The translations under genes and the position numbers were made by a program. 64,000 nt of DNA from Spirochaetales bacterium (GTDB taxonomy: Bacteria > Spirochaetota > Spirochaetia > UBA9216), in assembly GCA_016342585.1 (NCBI GenBank), contig JAEINK010000001.1, forward strand, positions 137,287 through 201,286, written 5' to 3'. This document shows positions 8,510-20,836 of the stretch, in pieces (positions within the stretch are counted from its first letter, which is position 1; the number at the start of each line of letters is the position of its first letter). Below the pieces are notes generated by a model. The model searched no databases and was not told the origin of the DNA. It saw nothing but the letters and a program-made list of their open reading frames with translations.

Positions 8510-11332
8510 TTACTCTTCAAGCATCGGTTTGATAAATTTTCCCGTATGGGAAGCATCAACAGCCGCCACCTCTTCGGGAGTTCCGCTGGCAACGATATTT
8601 CCTCCAGCGGTTCCCCCTTCAGGTCCCAGGTCAATTATGTGGTCCGCCTGCTTTATAACATCAAGATTGTGTTCAATTAGAACAACAGTATTCCCCTTAT
8701 CCGCCAGAAGCTGGAGTACTTCGAGTAACTTTTTAACATCCTCAAAATGAAGACCCGTCGTCGGCTCATCAAGTATATAGAAGGTTTTGCCCGTACTTCG
8801 CTTAGACAGCTCCAGAGAAAGCTTAACCCTTTGTGCTTCACCACCCGATAGGGTCAGAGCTGACTGCCCCAGGGTGATATAACCAAGACCAACAGCCTCG
8901 AGGGTGGATAACTTGCGGTGTATAGAGGGAATTGATTTAAAAAACTCAAGTGCCTCCTCTACCGTCATTGCAAGGACATCACTTATATTTTTCCCTTTGT
9001 ATCTGATATCCAGGGTCTCCCTGTTAAAACGATGCCCATTACAGGTATCACAGGTGATATAAACATCGGGTAAAAAGTGCATCTCGATGCGAATTGTTCC
9101 ACCACCTTCACAATTCTCACAACGCCCGCCCTTTACATTGAAGGAGAAACGTCCGGCTTTGTAACCCCTTGCTTTAGCTTCGGGCAGGGAGGCAAAAAGG
9201 TCCCTTATGGGAGTGAACAGGCCGACATAGGTGGCCGGGTTCGATCGTGGTGTTCGCCCGATAGGAGATTGATCAATATTTATGATCTTGTCGATATTTT
9301 CTATTCCCGTAATTTTTTTGCAGGCCCCCTCTTTCAAGTGGCTTCGTCCGACCTTGTTGGAGAGAGCCGGATAGAGGATATCCCCGAGTAAAGTAGATTT
9401 ACCCGAACCGGAAACGCCGGTTATGGTTGTAAATTTACCAAGGGGAAATTTAACATCGATGTTTTTAAGATTGTGTTCAGTGGCGCCAATTATCTCAATG
9501 AATTGACCATTTCCAGCTCTTCTCTCTTTCCTGAGTTCAATCTTTCTTTTTCCCGAAAGATAAAGGCCAGTAAGACTATTCGGATTTTTTAGAATCTGTT
9601 TCAGGGTTCCCTGTCCAGTTATCATACCACCATGCTCACCGGCTCCAGGCCCCATATCGACGATATAATCGGCTGTTCGTAAAGTCTGTTCGTCATGCTC
9701 CACAACAATCAAGGTATTCCCAAGATCCCTTAAATGTTTCAAGGTTCCTATGAGTCTCTCATTATCCCGCTGATGAAGACCAATTGAGGGTTCATCCAGG
9801 ATATAGAGAACCCCCATCAGGGATGAACCTATCTGGGTGGCAAGTCTGATTCGCTGGGCTTCCCCCCCCGACAGGGTGGCCGCCTTTCTTTCGAGGGTCA
9901 GGTATTCAAGTCCAACGGATTTCATGAAATGAAGACGCTCATTTATCTCTTTTAAAATCTGGGTGGCAATTGTCTGTTCTGTTTGGGTAAGTTTAATATC
10001 CTTAAAAAACTGAAGGGCACTATCGACCGACCGGCGTGATAGATCCCATATGTTAATCCCGTTAACGGTAACCGCTAAAGTTTCAGGTCTGAGCCTTTGC
10101 CCCCCACAGGTTGAACATGGTTTCTGACTCATAAACCCCTCAAGCCAATCTTTAACACCATCCGAACTGGATTCAAGATACCGCCGTTTGAGTTCCTTAA
10201 GGATACCTTTATAGCGGCTTGTGTATTCAAATTTTCCGGTTTTCTTTTTATTGACATAGGTTACATCTATCTCATCATCCGAACCATGAAGAAGAATATT
10301 CATTACACCTTCTGAAAGTTCACCCAATGGTGTATCCAGGCTGAACTTATAGGTGTCAGCCAGGGATTCAAACCAACTCCGGGACCATGAGGCATTTGGA
10401 TTATGAGTGGCAATACCTCCCTGATTAAAGGATAAGGACAGATCCGGTATAATGAGTTGGGGATCAAACTCCATGGTCATCCCTAAACCTGAGCAGTCTG
10501 GGCAGGCACCGAAGGGGTTATTGAAGGAGAAAAGCCGTGGCTGAAGCTCTGGCAGAGAGATATTACAGTGGGTACAAGAGTTTTTCTGACTGAAAAGCTC
10601 CTCTTTTTCACCCTCTTTTGATCGTTCGAGACAAATGAGTTGTCCATCCGAGACTTCGAGTGCAGTCTCGACGGATTCCGATAATCTTTTCCGAATCTCT
10701 TTGGAAACCTTAAGCCTGTCGATGACAATTTCAATACTGTGTTTCTTTTTTTTATTAAGAACAATCTCCTCATCCAGGGATCTCATCTCCCCATCTACCC
10801 TGGCCCGGACAAATCCTGCCTTAACGGCATCTTCCAGAATTTTACCATGTTCTCCCTTCTTGCCCCGTACGACTGGCGAAAGGATCATTATCTTTGCATC
10901 CTCTGGGTAAGAAAGAATTGTATCTATGATCTGATCAACCGACTGCTCCTGTATCTCCCTGCCGCACTGAGGACAATGGGGTATCCCCACCCTGGCAAAG
11001 AGGAGTCTGAAATAATCGTAAATTTCAGTTACAGTTCCCACGGTAGAACGTGGATTTTTATGGGTCGTTTTCTGTTCGATTGAGATAGCAGGAGAGAGTC
11101 CTTCGATATAATCAACATCAGGCTTATCCATCCGACCTAAAAACTGACGGGCATAAGCAGAGAGAGACTCCACATATCGTCTCTGACCCTCCGCATATAT
11201 GGTATCAAATGCAAGGGATGATTTTCCACTTCCGCTTAATCCGGAGATCACAACGAGCTTATCCCGGGGAAGTTCCAGATCAATATTCTTAAGGTTATGC
11301 TCGCGAGCACCTTTAATTATCAGTTTATCCAT
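8510..11332 (-). CDS. uvrA: Excinuclease ABC subunit A
   Basis: 940 aa. N-terminal [36 protein letters not shown]. Two ABC ATPase modules, zinc-finger Cys clusters and LSGGEAQR signature motifs. Confidence 0.95.
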   Translation of the reverse strand: MDKLIIKGAREHNLKNIDLELPRDKLVVISGLSGSGKSSLAFDTIYAEGQRRYVESLSAYARQFLGRMDKPDVDYIEGLSPAISIEQKTTHKNPRSTVGTVTEIYDYFRLLFARVGIPHCPQCGREIQEQSVDQIIDTILSYPEDAKIMILSPVVRGKKGEHGKILEDAVKAGFVRARVDGEMRSLDEEIVLNKKKKHSIEIVIDRLKVSKEIRKRLSESVETALEVSDGQLICLERSKEGEKEELFSQKNSCTHCNISLPELQPRLFSFNNPFGACPDCSGLGMTMEFDPQLIIPDLSLSFNQGGIATHNPNASWSRSWFESLADTYKFSLDTPLGELSEGVMNILLHGSDDEIDVTYVNKKKTGKFEYTSRYKGILKELKRRYLESSSDGVKDWLEGFMSQKPCSTCGGQRLRPETLAVTVNGINIWDLSRRSVDSALQFFKDIKLTQTEQTIATQILKEINERLHFMKSVGLEYLTLERKAATLSGGEAQRIRLATQIGSSLMGVLYILDEPSIGLHQRDNERLIGTLKHLRDLGNTLIVVEHDEQTLRTADYIVDMGPGAGEHGGMITGQGTLKQILKNPNSLTGLYLSGKRKIELRKERRAGNGQFIEIIGATEHNLKNIDVKFPLGKFTTITGVSGSGKSTLLGDILYPALSNKVGRSHLKEGACKKITGIENIDKIINIDQSPIGRTPRSNPATYVGLFTPIRDLFASLPEAKARGYKAGRFSFNVKGGRCENCEGGGTIRIEMHFLPDVYITCDTCNGHRFNRETLDIRYKGKNISDVLAMTVEEALEFFKSIPSIHRKLSTLEAVGLGYITLGQSALTLSGGEAQRVKLSLELSKRSTGKTFYILDEPTTGLHFEDVKKLLEVLQLLADKGNTVVLIEHNLDVIKQADHIIDLGPEGGTAGGNIVASGTPEEVAAVDASHTGKFIKPMLEE

Positions 11333-11399
11333 GTAAAAGATAGATTACGATATTCTTTAAGGCCTTTCAAGCAGAAAGTGGACGATCTTTTAAGAACAA

Positions 11400-12344
11400 C
11401 TATTCATATTTACTGGGAATCAGCAGGGGTTCTATAAAAGGGTCAGTCAATTGACGGTTTGCTCGCTCTTTCCAGGTGGAATCGGGGGCCGAATGAAGAA
11501 TAGCCATCCATATCTCCCTGGACATTCCCGTATTCCCGGTACCGAAAAGGGAGGCTCCAAGATAATAGAGATCTTGAACAAATCCCACCTCTTCAAGGTA
11601 ATCCGAAAGGACAGGATCACTTAATGAATCAAATAGAAACTCGGACAGGGTCGTATATTCATAGGTAAAATCAAGATTTCGCTGATAATCCACTACATTG
11701 GTAACTGGTGTTATCAGACTGGAAATGTAATTTCTTACTGCTTCCCGGTATAAACCTGTCTTATAATGATATAAACCAAGTTTACTGTAGGCCGGCTGCA
11801 GTTTTTTCTCGTTTTTCCTATACAGAATGAAGAGTTTATCGATTCCATCCCTCATGAGCGCATTAAACATGGCTTCCTGCAGATAAATAAGGCTTGCTTC
11901 AGGTTCTACTTCATCGGCACTGCCTTCTGTGATTATCCTTTTAAGTAGAGTTTCGTATTTTCCATATTGATATATAGCCTCATAAAGATTAGCCAGCCTG
12001 TAGAGGATCGTATATTTATCCTCCATAACATAGAGTATATCCGCATGGTCAAGAGCACGATTATACTGCTGAACAGCCAATTCGGTCTCCCCCTCCTGCT
12101 CGAAAATATAGCCCAGCCACATTTCAGCTTCAGGAACCATGCGGCCCTCATTCGCCGCATTACCCAAAATACTCCTGAAAATCCTGAGGGCATCACCTAA
12201 TTCACGATCTATAATTGCCTGCCGACCTCTTTCAATCATAAGCCAGTCGGGAGTTTCCTCTCTATCATCCAGAGAAAATAGAAAAACCGATGGGATGACG
12301 AATATGCATAATGTTACAATTGAAAGAAATCCGGTTCTTATCAT
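11400..12344 (-). CDS. Secreted TPR-like helical-repeat protein (hypothetical)
   Basis: 314 aa. N-terminal hydrophobic signal/anchor. Repeated A..Y..AL helical-hairpin pattern. 4-nt overlap with the ispG stop. Confidence 0.55.
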   Translation of the reverse strand: MIRTGFLSIVTLCIFVIPSVFLFSLDDREETPDWLMIERGRQAIIDRELGDALRIFRSILGNAANEGRMVPEAEMWLGYIFEQEGETELAVQQYNRALDHADILYVMEDKYTILYRLANLYEAIYQYGKYETLLKRIITEGSADEVEPEASLIYLQEAMFNALMRDGIDKLFILYRKNEKKLQPAYSKLGLYHYKTGLYREAVRNYISSLITPVTNVVDYQRNLDFTYEYTTLSEFLFDSLSDPVLSDYLEEVGFVQDLYYLGASLFGTGNTGMSREIWMAILHSAPDSTWKERANRQLTDPFIEPLLIPSKYE

Positions 12345-13393
12345 AGAGCATCTATCTCCGATTTAAACTGATCAAAGGCTATATCAAGGGAGGATCTTTT
12401 TAGTATTTTACCATCTTTATAAATGATTATTTCATTTCCAACACCACTGATTCCTAAATCGGCGGTCTTAGCCTCTCCCGGTCCGTTTACAGCACATCCC
12501 ATTACAGCAACGGTAGCATCTTTATCTACTGTTTCACAATAATCAGAGATTTTCTTCAAAAATTCAAAATTCCGGTCAAAAGTTGTTCTACCGCATCTTG
12601 GGCAGGATACAAGATTGATTCCTCTTTTGGTGAGTCCTGCTACCCGGAGGATCTCCTTACCCGTTATAACCTCATTTTCAGGTGTATCCGCTAATGAAAC
12701 CCTGATGGTATCTCCCAGCCCCTCTGAAAACATCTTATGAAAGCCTATTGAACTTTTTACAACTCCAGGGATTAATGCTCCAGCTTCGGTAATCCCCAGA
12801 TGTAGAGGAAAATCACATAATTTTCCAAATTCGATATTTGCACGAATCGTCTCATCTACATTTGAAGATTTCAGGGAGAAAATAACATTATGAAAGTTCT
12901 GTTTTGCGAGAATTTCCAGTTCCATCTCAGCGGCTTTAACCATGGCGACGGCTTTATCTTTCTCTTTACGTAATGAAGTGGGCAGTGAACCGCCATTAAT
13001 CCCGATTCGGATGGGTAAACCTTTACCAGCGGCCATATTCAGGACCTCTTTGACCTTCCATTCCTGACCGATATTCCCCGGATTAATCCTGATCTTAGCA
13101 ATATCTGCCTCCATACACTTCAAGGCAAGTTTGTAGTCATATTGAATATCTGCCACCAGAGGAATGGGGCTTATTTGTGAAAGCTTATTCAACCGTTCAG
13201 CAGCCTCGGCATCGAGTACAGAAAACCTGCCAATTTCACACCCCATTTTATAAAGGTGGTCTAATCTATTTTTTATGCTGGTTAAATCCTTTAAAAGAGG
13301 ATCTTTCAACATGGTTTGTACGGAGACTGGAAATCCACCGCCGACTATAACAGATCCGACCTTCACAGGCCGGCTTTTTCTTCTCTCTTTCAT
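12341..13393 (-). CDS. ispG: 4-hydroxy-3-methylbut-2-en-1-yl diphosphate synthase (IspG/GcpE)
   Basis: 350 aa. N-terminus VKVGSVIVGGGFPVSVQTM. C-terminal Fe-S motif VSCPRCGRT plus CAVNGPGE. Confidence 0.9.
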   Translation of the reverse strand: MKERRKSRPVKVGSVIVGGGFPVSVQTMLKDPLLKDLTSIKNRLDHLYKMGCEIGRFSVLDAEAAERLNKLSQISPIPLVADIQYDYKLALKCMEADIAKIRINPGNIGQEWKVKEVLNMAAGKGLPIRIGINGGSLPTSLRKEKDKAVAMVKAAEMELEILAKQNFHNVIFSLKSSNVDETIRANIEFGKLCDFPLHLGITEAGALIPGVVKSSIGFHKMFSEGLGDTIRVSLADTPENEVITGKEILRVAGLTKRGINLVSCPRCGRTTFDRNFEFLKKISDYCETVDKDATVAVMGCAVNGPGEAKTADLGISGVGNEIIIYKDGKILKRSSLDIAFDQFKSEIDAL

Positions 13394-13503
13394 ATTGTTA
13401 TATTATCGGAAAATGAATTGAATGTAATTAGTATAAGACTAATCAGTTTGTTTAAATTTTACTTAAAATTGATGTGTTAAGATTTTCTTTATTTTATGAA
13501 ATT

Positions 13504-13536
13504 AAAAAGGTCTGCCTGCATAACACCAGACAGACC
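13504..13536 (-). terminator. Rho-independent terminator downstream of the V-ATPase operon
   Basis: On the minus strand GGTCTGTCTGgtgttatgCAGGCAGACC forms an approximately 9-bp imperfect stem followed by TTTTT. Located 30 nt after the atpK stop. Confidence 0.6.
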
Positions 13537-13566
13537 CTCTTTGACGATAAGGAATTAAATTTATTC

Positions 13567-13989
13567 TTACAGTGAGATCATGAGGAAAACCATTACAAAA
13601 AGTGCAACAGTTTCTACTAGTCCCAGGACCAGCAGATAATTACTGAAGCCCTTTCCTGTTTCGGCAAGAGCATCACATGCTGCAGCACCCGCTTTTCCCT
13701 GATACCATGCAGAGAATCCCATTCCAAGACCACCGAAAATTCCTGCTGCAAACTTTGCTGCACCGGGAAGACTTGATGCAATGATAGTGTTCATCAGAAT
13801 CAAACCATAAATTGTCTGAGTCAGAGGAGCTCCTACGAAAGCGACAAGAATGAAAGGTGCGGGTTTATTCTGTGCAAAACACTTCTTCCATGCGCCAACT
13901 GCTGCCATACCGGCTGTTCCGGCTCCAAGGGCCGATCCACATGCGGCAAGTCCGAGAGCCGCTGCAAAACCTAAAAGTCCAATATCCAT
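13567..13989 (-). CDS. atpK: V-type ATP synthase subunit K (proteolipid c subunit)
   Basis: 140 aa, very hydrophobic and Gly/Ala-rich, with the sequence pattern of a paired-helix proteolipid. Last gene of the V-ATPase cluster. Confidence 0.8.
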   Translation of the reverse strand: MDIGLLGFAAALGLAACGSALGAGTAGMAAVGAWKKCFAQNKPAPFILVAFVGAPLTQTIYGLILMNTIIASSLPGAAKFAAGIFGGLGMGFSAWYQGKAGAAACDALAETGKGFSNYLLVLGLVETVALFVMVFLMISL

Positions 13990-14002
13990 AATTTACTCCT
14001 CT

Positions 14003-15850
14003 CTATATTGAGTTTTCTGTTTCTTCGACCCTTATTTCAGCATTGCCTGCTGGCAAAGAGGCTTCCATAAAGGGTTCATATTTAATCCCCGACCATTCCA
14101 TACCGAGATGACTGGAGAATTCCAAAACATTAAGACGAACACCATGAACGACGACTGAAAGCATGGCCATAGCGATGTTCAAACCGTGACCTAACAAAAG
14201 GATCAATGCCGCTGCAATAATTCCCGGCCCACCGCCAACACCGGCCGCCATGGAATTAAAACTCTGTGAAATAGCCAGTGTGGCTAATCCTACAGCATAT
14301 AACCTGATATAAGAAATAATATCCGAAAAGGCTGAAATACTATCTAAAAAGGTGGTAAACAGACCAGCGACTCCCATAAGGATTCCCTTAAAGAAATTCT
14401 GCCCCTTCTTCTGCTGACCAAAAATTATCAACAGCCCTAATCCTCCGCCAATCATATAAACAGCATAAGGAGGCATCGGGTATTTATCAGGATCAATTAC
14501 CAGGTTAAGAACCAGATAATATAATCCCAGAATCATAACCAGCCATCCCAAATCGGCAACAGCCAGAAGAGATGGTATCTTTTTAATTATGGCCTTAAAG
14601 TGTGCCAGAACAAGATGAACCGTCCCGATTATGAAACACATCATTTTAATGGTTTCACCACTTAAGGGGTTAAAATTGGATATGGGTTCATAAATAAACT
14701 GTTTAAAGAAAGGTAACGCCGCTAATGTTGGCGAACCAAACCATGAACCTGTCACCCCACCCCAGATTATCGTTGCTATACTTAAAATGTAAAAAAGCTT
14801 TAAGCCATCCGGTAAGCTCTTAATCTTTATAGTTACAATCACACAAAGCACAAGGAAGATGGACCCATATGCCGCATCTCCAATAATCATGGCAAAAAAG
14901 ATGGTAAAGAAAAACAAAAACCAGATACTTATATCAAACTCCCGGTAACCGGGAACAAGACCAAGGATATCAAGTAAAGGCTGAATCAACCGCACGAGCC
15001 TGTTATTTTTAAGCTGTGTTGGCGGTTGTTCTTCTTCTTCCGGGTCCTTTACAAGTAAAGCCCAGCCATTTTTTGCTGAATAAGACTTAATGACATCGAT
15101 CTTGTCATCGGGACAGAAGCCGGTGAGATACGCAAGTTCATCCTCAGCACCCATTCCGGAGTAGACGTTTTCAAACTCAACCTCGTCATCCATAACGGCC
15201 ATTGCCGTTTTTAAAGGTACAGAAAAACCCGCAAGCTCCTGCAGCTCTTTTTCAATTTCAGCGATTCTATCGATATTATTCTTTAAAGCTGTTCTCATCT
15301 CAAACGGACTTAATTCCGGTATTTCTACTGGAAGGTTTTCAGGAAGTTTTTCAGATCCTCTGGCAACATAAGCCAGGGTCATACCAACCTTGGTACGGGC
15401 CAGGATGAACGCATTATCCATAGGGAAACTTTCCATATCATCCTTTGAAATCTGATACAGAAGAACTTTAATCCCTTTCTCACCCAAAGCCGCGATTTCA
15501 GCAGGATCAAACTCTCCAAAAACCGAAACCCTTTCGAGCTCTTTATTATAAAAAGTATTGCGATCCCTGATACCTGCCAGTTCACTTGCCAGGTTATCGA
15601 TCTTCTCTGCAGCCTTAAGGCTCTCTTCAAGCCCCACATAATCGTGAGCGGGGGTATCTTTCTGAATATCCGGCAGAGTGTAAAGAGATTTTTCGAGAAA
15701 AGCCCTTTTCTCTTCGAGATTTTTCAGTTTTTCGCCAGCCCCGGTCAGTTTCTCCAGATGAACAACACCCAACCTCTTAAGTTTCCTTAAGGATGCCTCT
15801 TTTCCGGAGTTAAGTACCACCAGGGATACCTTTTTCATTGTAACTATCAT
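14003..15850 (-). CDS. atpI: V-type ATP synthase subunit I (116 kDa a-subunit)
   Basis: 615 aa. Soluble N-terminal half followed by multiple TM helices. Position between subunits D and K. Confidence 0.8.
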   Translation of the reverse strand: MIVTMKKVSLVVLNSGKEASLRKLKRLGVVHLEKLTGAGEKLKNLEEKRAFLEKSLYTLPDIQKDTPAHDYVGLEESLKAAEKIDNLASELAGIRDRNTFYNKELERVSVFGEFDPAEIAALGEKGIKVLLYQISKDDMESFPMDNAFILARTKVGMTLAYVARGSEKLPENLPVEIPELSPFEMRTALKNNIDRIAEIEKELQELAGFSVPLKTAMAVMDDEVEFENVYSGMGAEDELAYLTGFCPDDKIDVIKSYSAKNGWALLVKDPEEEEQPPTQLKNNRLVRLIQPLLDILGLVPGYREFDISIWFLFFFTIFFAMIIGDAAYGSIFLVLCVIVTIKIKSLPDGLKLFYILSIATIIWGGVTGSWFGSPTLAALPFFKQFIYEPISNFNPLSGETIKMMCFIIGTVHLVLAHFKAIIKKIPSLLAVADLGWLVMILGLYYLVLNLVIDPDKYPMPPYAVYMIGGGLGLLIIFGQQKKGQNFFKGILMGVAGLFTTFLDSISAFSDIISYIRLYAVGLATLAISQSFNSMAAGVGGGPGIIAAALILLLGHGLNIAMAMLSVVVHGVRLNVLEFSSHLGMEWSGIKYEPFMEASLPAGNAEIRVEETENSI

Positions 15851-15853
15851 AGG

Positions 15854-16486
15854 CTAGGACACCTTTACCACTTTATTCTTGGCCATCTTTCCACGGACAA
15901 CCGCAGCAGTCTGCTGATCACCAAGATATATACTTATCATCCGGATATTTTCCTTCGTCTCCGGAATTTTAACCTTTTCGAAGAGATTAACCCTCTGGGT
16001 TGTTACCCTTAATTCATGGCCGAGGAGTCGCTTCTGCTCCCTGAGCACCTCAATCTGTGCATTAAGAACAGCAAGATCTTTAAGAACGGTTACTCCACGG
16101 TCAATCCAAAGGGGTGCTTTAAAAAGATCCCAATAAACATCCTCATATTCGAGTCCATCAAAAACAGGAATATCGACACCGGCAATATTGCCACGTCCCT
16201 TTTTTATGGATTTTATAACAACCAGAGACTCAATACCATCGAACCCTTCGCCAAGAGCATTCACATCAAAGATTTCGTTTTCACCAAAAACCCTAATCCA
16301 CTGTTTCAGTGAAGTTTCGATTTTTTCTATGGCAGATTCCTTCTCTTCAACCTGAAGTTCAACCTTACGGATGACCATCTGAAGCTGCTGCTTCTTCAGA
16401 ATCAGAGTAGGAAGATACCGCTGAAACCTTTTCAGGGAATCTTTCTGTTTTTTCTGCTCGTTTTTTGTGAGCTTAATCTTGGCCAT
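15854..16486 (-). CDS. atpD: V-type ATP synthase subunit D
   Basis: 210 aa. Coiled-coil. N-terminus MAKIKLTKNEQKKQKDSLKRFQRYLPTL is typical of V/A-type subunit D. Confidence 0.85.
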   Translation of the reverse strand: MAKIKLTKNEQKKQKDSLKRFQRYLPTLILKKQQLQMVIRKVELQVEEKESAIEKIETSLKQWIRVFGENEIFDVNALGEGFDGIESLVVIKSIKKGRGNIAGVDIPVFDGLEYEDVYWDLFKAPLWIDRGVTVLKDLAVLNAQIEVLREQKRLLGHELRVTTQRVNLFEKVKIPETKENIRMISIYLGDQQTAAVVRGKMAKNKVVKVS

Positions 16487-16490
16487 GAGC

Positions 16491-17798
16491 TTAGATATTT
16501 TCCTTTGATTTCGGCCAGAACTTATTAAGAAGTTCTGTTTTTAAACCAGTCTCTTCAGGGGTGAAGGCTTCAGCAAGAATCTCCCAGCCTTTATCCAATG
16601 CCTCTTCCAGGGGAATATTTACAGTTAAGTCCATCATCTGGCTTTCAAAAAGACCACCGTATGTAAGCAGTTTATTATCCCAGTCAGACATCTGGAACCC
16701 CATGGATTTCTTCTCAACCGATTCAAGGTAAGCTGCATAAAGTTTGATCATCCCATCCATAACGGCCCTGTGGTCATCACGTGTCTTACCATTCACCTGC
16801 TGTTTCAGCCTGGAAAGTGAACCGAAAGGTTCAATCCTTCCGTTTTTAAGGTAATACTGACCTTCTGTGATATAACCGGTATTATCGGGTACAGGGTGGG
16901 TAACATCATCACCGGGCATCGTAGTAACACCAAGAATAGTGATAGAACCTGCCCCCTCAAAGTCAACCGCCTTTTCATATCTGGATGCCAGCTGTGAGTA
17001 GAGATCTCCGGGATAACCACGGTTCGATGGAACCTGTTCCATAGTAATAGAGATTTCCTTCATAGCATCTGCAAAGTTTGTCATATCTGTAAGGAGAACC
17101 AGCACCTTTTTGCCTTCAAGTGCAAATTGTTCGGCTACAGCTAGAGAAATATCCGGTACAAGAAGACACTCAACAATAGGATCTGCAGCTGTATGAACGA
17201 AAAAGATCGTCCTGTTTAATGCCCCGCCCTCTTCAAGTGTATCTTTAAAGAAAAGGTAATCGTCGTACTTAAGTCCCATTCCCCCCAGGATAATCATATC
17301 AACTTCAGCCTGCATAGCAATTCTTGCAAGCAACTCATTGTATGGTTCCCCTGAAACGGAAAAAATGGGGAGCTTCTGAGACTCAACCAGTGAGTTGAAA
17401 ACATCGATCATGGGTATACCGGTTCTGATCATATTCCTGGGAATAATTCTTTTAGCCGGGTTAACCGAAGGACCACCGATTTCAATCTTATCCTCTGTAA
17501 GAGCGGGACCTTTATCCCTTGGTTCTCCGGAACCATTGAAAATTCTTCCCATAAGATCATTATTGCAGCTAATCTGCATGGGATGCCCTAAAAACCTTAC
17601 TTCATCATCGGTGGAAATACCTCGCCCCCCTGTAAAAACCTGGAGGTGAACTTCCTCACCATTCAAACGTATTACCTCTGCCAGAGATGTACCATAGGAA
17701 GTGCTGACCTGGGCAAGGTCCCCGTATTTTACTCCTGTTGCCTTAACGCTTATAACATTTCCAGCAATGGATTCAATTCTGCTATATACCTTTTGCAT
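16491..17798 (-). CDS. atpB: V-type ATP synthase subunit B
   Basis: 435 aa. Non-catalytic nucleotide-binding subunit. Strong similarity pattern to V/A-type B subunits ([30 protein letters not shown]). Confidence 0.9.
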   Translation of the reverse strand: MQKVYSRIESIAGNVISVKATGVKYGDLAQVSTSYGTSLAEVIRLNGEEVHLQVFTGGRGISTDDEVRFLGHPMQISCNNDLMGRIFNGSGEPRDKGPALTEDKIEIGGPSVNPAKRIIPRNMIRTGIPMIDVFNSLVESQKLPIFSVSGEPYNELLARIAMQAEVDMIILGGMGLKYDDYLFFKDTLEEGGALNRTIFFVHTAADPIVECLLVPDISLAVAEQFALEGKKVLVLLTDMTNFADAMKEISITMEQVPSNRGYPGDLYSQLASRYEKAVDFEGAGSITILGVTTMPGDDVTHPVPDNTGYITEGQYYLKNGRIEPFGSLSRLKQQVNGKTRDDHRAVMDGMIKLYAAYLESVEKKSMGFQMSDWDNKLLTYGGLFESQMMDLTVNIPLEEALDKGWEILAEAFTPEETGLKTELLNKFWPKSKENI

Positions 17799-17814
17799 TT
17801 CTAATCCGCCCCTT

Positions 17815-19581
17815 CTATTCGTTTTTCATTAAGGCTTCGGCCCGTGGCTGGACTCTGACAAACTTTGAATCTATCATTTCCAGAACCTCTTTCTCGTAAC
17901 CCTTAAACTCAGCAGAGTCCCATTCACTACCATTATAATCAAGAAACTTAAGTCTAAGCTGATTAAAGAAAGATCGGGCCGTATCTTTTGAGTCAAGATC
18001 CAAATCCGCCGAAAGGAGCGAAAGAAGGATGCCGAAGACATGATCCTGCCGTTGCTGGCTTACAGCATTATCGACAGGGTCAAAAGAGTTCTGCTGAAGA
18101 TATACATCATCAACAAAATCCCCTTTTAAGAATATAATATAGTCGTCAAGACTTGTTCCTTCTTCACCGACAACCTTCATCATCTGAGAAACTTCATTTC
18201 CTCTGAAAATCAGATCCCTGACATACTCAACCTTATCAACATCAAGAACTCCAGGATATTTACTCCAGCTTTCCATTGGGTGAATTGCAGGATATTTACG
18301 GGCATCCGAACGTTCTCGCGAAAGTCCATGAAATGCCCCGACAACTTTAAGTGTTGCCTGAGTAACGGGCTCTTCAAAGTTACCACCGGCAGGTGAAACC
18401 GTGCCACCAATAGTTACTGACCCAATTGATCCGTCTTTCAGCTCAACCTTTCCGGCTCTTTCATAGAACCCGGCAATTACAGATTCAAGATAGGCGGGAA
18501 ATGCTTCTTCACCGGGAATCTCTTCGAGTCTTCCAGACATCTCTCTCATGGCCTGTGCCCAACGGGAGGTTGAATCAGCAAGAAGAAGAACATTGAGTCC
18601 CATTTGTCTGTAGTACTCCGCGAGAGTTACTGCCGTGTAAACAGAAGCTTCACGAGCCGCTACGGGCATTGAAGAGGTATTACAAATAATCATCGTCCTC
18701 TCCATAAGGCTCTTACCTGTTTTTGGATCTATCAATTCGGGGAACTCTTTAAGAGTCTCTACAACCTCACCGGCACGTTCTCCACAAGCGGCAACGATTA
18801 CGATATCGACCTCTGCATTTCTACTTGTTACCTGCTGAAGAACCGTTTTACCTGCACCGAAGGGACCGGGAATACAATATGTACCTCCCAATGCAACAGG
18901 AAAAAATGTATCAACAAGCCTGAGCTTCGTAACCATGGGTTTATCTGGTCGTAACCGCTCGGTATAACAATTTATAGCCCTCTTAACAGGCCAGTTAAAA
19001 CTCATTGTTACATCAAGTTTATTTCCTTTAGAATCTTCAAGTACTGCAACTTTATCATCAACAGTATAATCACCTGCCCCTACAATGGAAACGACCTTAT
19101 ACTGATCAAGAAAATTGAATGGAACCATGATTCGATGTTCGAAGATTCCCTCAGGTACTGTCCCCAGGGTGTCGGCTTTTTCTACTGTATCACCAACCTG
19201 AGCCTTCGGAGTGAAGGACCACTTTGTCTCCCTGGAAAGTGCTTTTAGATAAACACCCCTTTCAAGGAAAAATCCACACTCCTCAGCAAGCTGGGGTAGT
19301 GGGTTCTGCAATCCATCGAAAACCTGCCCAAGAAGCCCGGGTCCCAATTCAACGGCTAGAAGTTCCCTGGTAAACTCGACAGCATCGCCAATTCCAATTC
19401 CCTTCGTCATTTCGAAGCACTGTAACTCTGCTGTGCTTCCTTTTATTCGGATAACCTCTGATTTAAGCCTTTTATCGCCTAAAACAAGGTATCCTACCTC
19501 ATTCAGGGAAACACTGGACTCCATCTGTACGGAGATCATGTTTCCATTTACACCAATAACTTTGCCTTTGCTTTCTGCCAT
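17815..19581 (-). CDS. atpA: V-type ATP synthase catalytic subunit A
   Basis: 588 aa. Walker [13 protein letters not shown]. Typical A-subunit architecture. Confidence 0.9.
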   Translation of the reverse strand: MAESKGKVIGVNGNMISVQMESSVSLNEVGYLVLGDKRLKSEVIRIKGSTAELQCFEMTKGIGIGDAVEFTRELLAVELGPGLLGQVFDGLQNPLPQLAEECGFFLERGVYLKALSRETKWSFTPKAQVGDTVEKADTLGTVPEGIFEHRIMVPFNFLDQYKVVSIVGAGDYTVDDKVAVLEDSKGNKLDVTMSFNWPVKRAINCYTERLRPDKPMVTKLRLVDTFFPVALGGTYCIPGPFGAGKTVLQQVTSRNAEVDIVIVAACGERAGEVVETLKEFPELIDPKTGKSLMERTMIICNTSSMPVAAREASVYTAVTLAEYYRQMGLNVLLLADSTSRWAQAMREMSGRLEEIPGEEAFPAYLESVIAGFYERAGKVELKDGSIGSVTIGGTVSPAGGNFEEPVTQATLKVVGAFHGLSRERSDARKYPAIHPMESWSKYPGVLDVDKVEYVRDLIFRGNEVSQMMKVVGEEGTSLDDYIIFLKGDFVDDVYLQQNSFDPVDNAVSQQRQDHVFGILLSLLSADLDLDSKDTARSFFNQLRLKFLDYNGSEWDSAEFKGYEKEVLEMIDSKFVRVQPRAEALMKNE

Positions 19582-19642
19582 AAAACAACTCCAAGTTTCA
19601 AATACTTTCCGGATGAATCCGGGGGTTTAATTCAAAGCTTAT

Positions 19643-20200
19643 TTAAGCCTGAATCTGCTCAACCACCGACTCATATACCTTCCGATAGGCTTCATTTCCC
19701 TTCTCCGGAGTAAATGACTCCTGCCGCTTAAGAATTTGAAGTTTAAGATAATAAATCAGAAGTTTTTCGAGGTCGAAATAATGACCTGTCTCTATTTCAT
19801 CGAGGAATGACCATCTCAGTTTATCGATTCGGCTTTCTGCCTCACCTGGATCTGAGAGATTAACAGCCTCTCGGGCTGCTTCAAAAAGACCGGCTTCGTT
19901 CCCACCTTCACGCAAAAAAACGTCACCGTCGGTTTTTAGAGTCGATGCTCTAAGTTTAACGAGTTCATTACGAAGAGTAGTTTCCCAGCTTTTCCAGCGA
20001 TTAAGAACAGGATGGGATATCACTTCCGCATCATCCCCTGTCTTAAAAGCAGGATAAAGCTTACAGGCTTCAAGAATCACATACTCTTCAGCTGTCATAT
20101 TACTTTTGCAATCACTAAGGAAATCCTTAATGGTTATTTCAGCCTGACCACCTGAAAGAAGATATGGGAGTGATGAAACAAGAAAATAATACTGACTCAA
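19643..20200 (-). CDS. V-ATPase-associated protein (DUF2764-like, possible subunit C analogue)
   Basis: 185 aa. Located between subunits E and A, the position a conserved uncharacterized gene occupies in spirochete and Bacteroidetes V-ATPase operons. Confidence 0.45.
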   Translation of the reverse strand: MSQYYFLVSSLPYLLSGGQAEITIKDFLSDCKSNMTAEEYVILEACKLYPAFKTGDDAEVISHPVLNRWKSWETTLRNELVKLRASTLKTDGDVFLREGGNEAGLFEAAREAVNLSDPGEAESRIDKLRWSFLDEIETGHYFDLEKLLIYYLKLQILKRQESFTPEKGNEAYRKVYESVVEQIQA

Positions 20201-20203
20201 AAC

Positions 20204-20815
20204 CTACTCCTTTACCGCTTCCTTCATGATACCGGCAAGTCTGGGATTCAGAAATTCTGAAAGCATCTCCGCAAGACCTTGAGCCGTAAAATTATAGTAG
20301 GCGGATCCATCCTTCTCGGAGATTCTGAAACCCGCATCAATCCCTGAAAAAGGTTTGATTTCCAAACCGGCCTTCATTTTATCAGCCAACTTTTTCTTAA
20401 GGGAGCCCTCAAGTTTTTTATACTCATCTTCGGATAACAGAATGGAAACATCTGCAGAGTCCTTTTCACTGTAGGCTTTAAGAATGGATACGATCGATTC
20501 TTCAAGTACCTGACCGGAAAATGCAGCACCTGTCTCTTCAACGACAAGGGCATCAAAGAATATTTTAACCTTACCTTCCATATTTAGAAGGAGATCTCTT
20601 GCGGCCTGTTTTAAAGCCTCATTACCTGAAGCCTCAAGTTTTGCAGCTTCAGCCTTTGCATCGGAAATTATTTTTGCCGCATCTTTTTTAGCCTTATCGA
20701 TAATTTCAACACTCTTCTCATCGGCAGATTTGATTATATCAGCAGATTTAGACTCTGCTTCCTTAACACCTTCTGTTTTAATGGTTTCGATAAGTTCCTT
20801 TAACTGGACATCCAT
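20204..20815 (-). CDS. atpE: V-type ATP synthase subunit E
   Basis: 203 aa. Lys/Ala/Glu-rich N-terminal helix (KEAESKSADIIKSADEKSVEIIDKAKKDAAKIISDAKAEAAKLEA) typical of the peripheral-stalk subunit E. Confidence 0.7.
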   Translation of the reverse strand: MDVQLKELIETIKTEGVKEAESKSADIIKSADEKSVEIIDKAKKDAAKIISDAKAEAAKLEASGNEALKQAARDLLLNMEGKVKIFFDALVVEETGAAFSGQVLEESIVSILKAYSEKDSADVSILLSEDEYKKLEGSLKKKLADKMKAGLEIKPFSGIDAGFRISEKDGSAYYNFTAQGLAEMLSEFLNPRLAGIMKEAVKE

Positions 20816-20836
20816 ACCAACCTCTCGCTTATAGTT

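Noticed and set aside
19582-19642. Short hairpin CCGGATGAATCCGG between the DUF2764-like gene and atpA
   Set aside because: 5-bp stem only, with no T-tract. It is inside a tightly coupled operon and is unlikely to be a functional terminator or attenuator.
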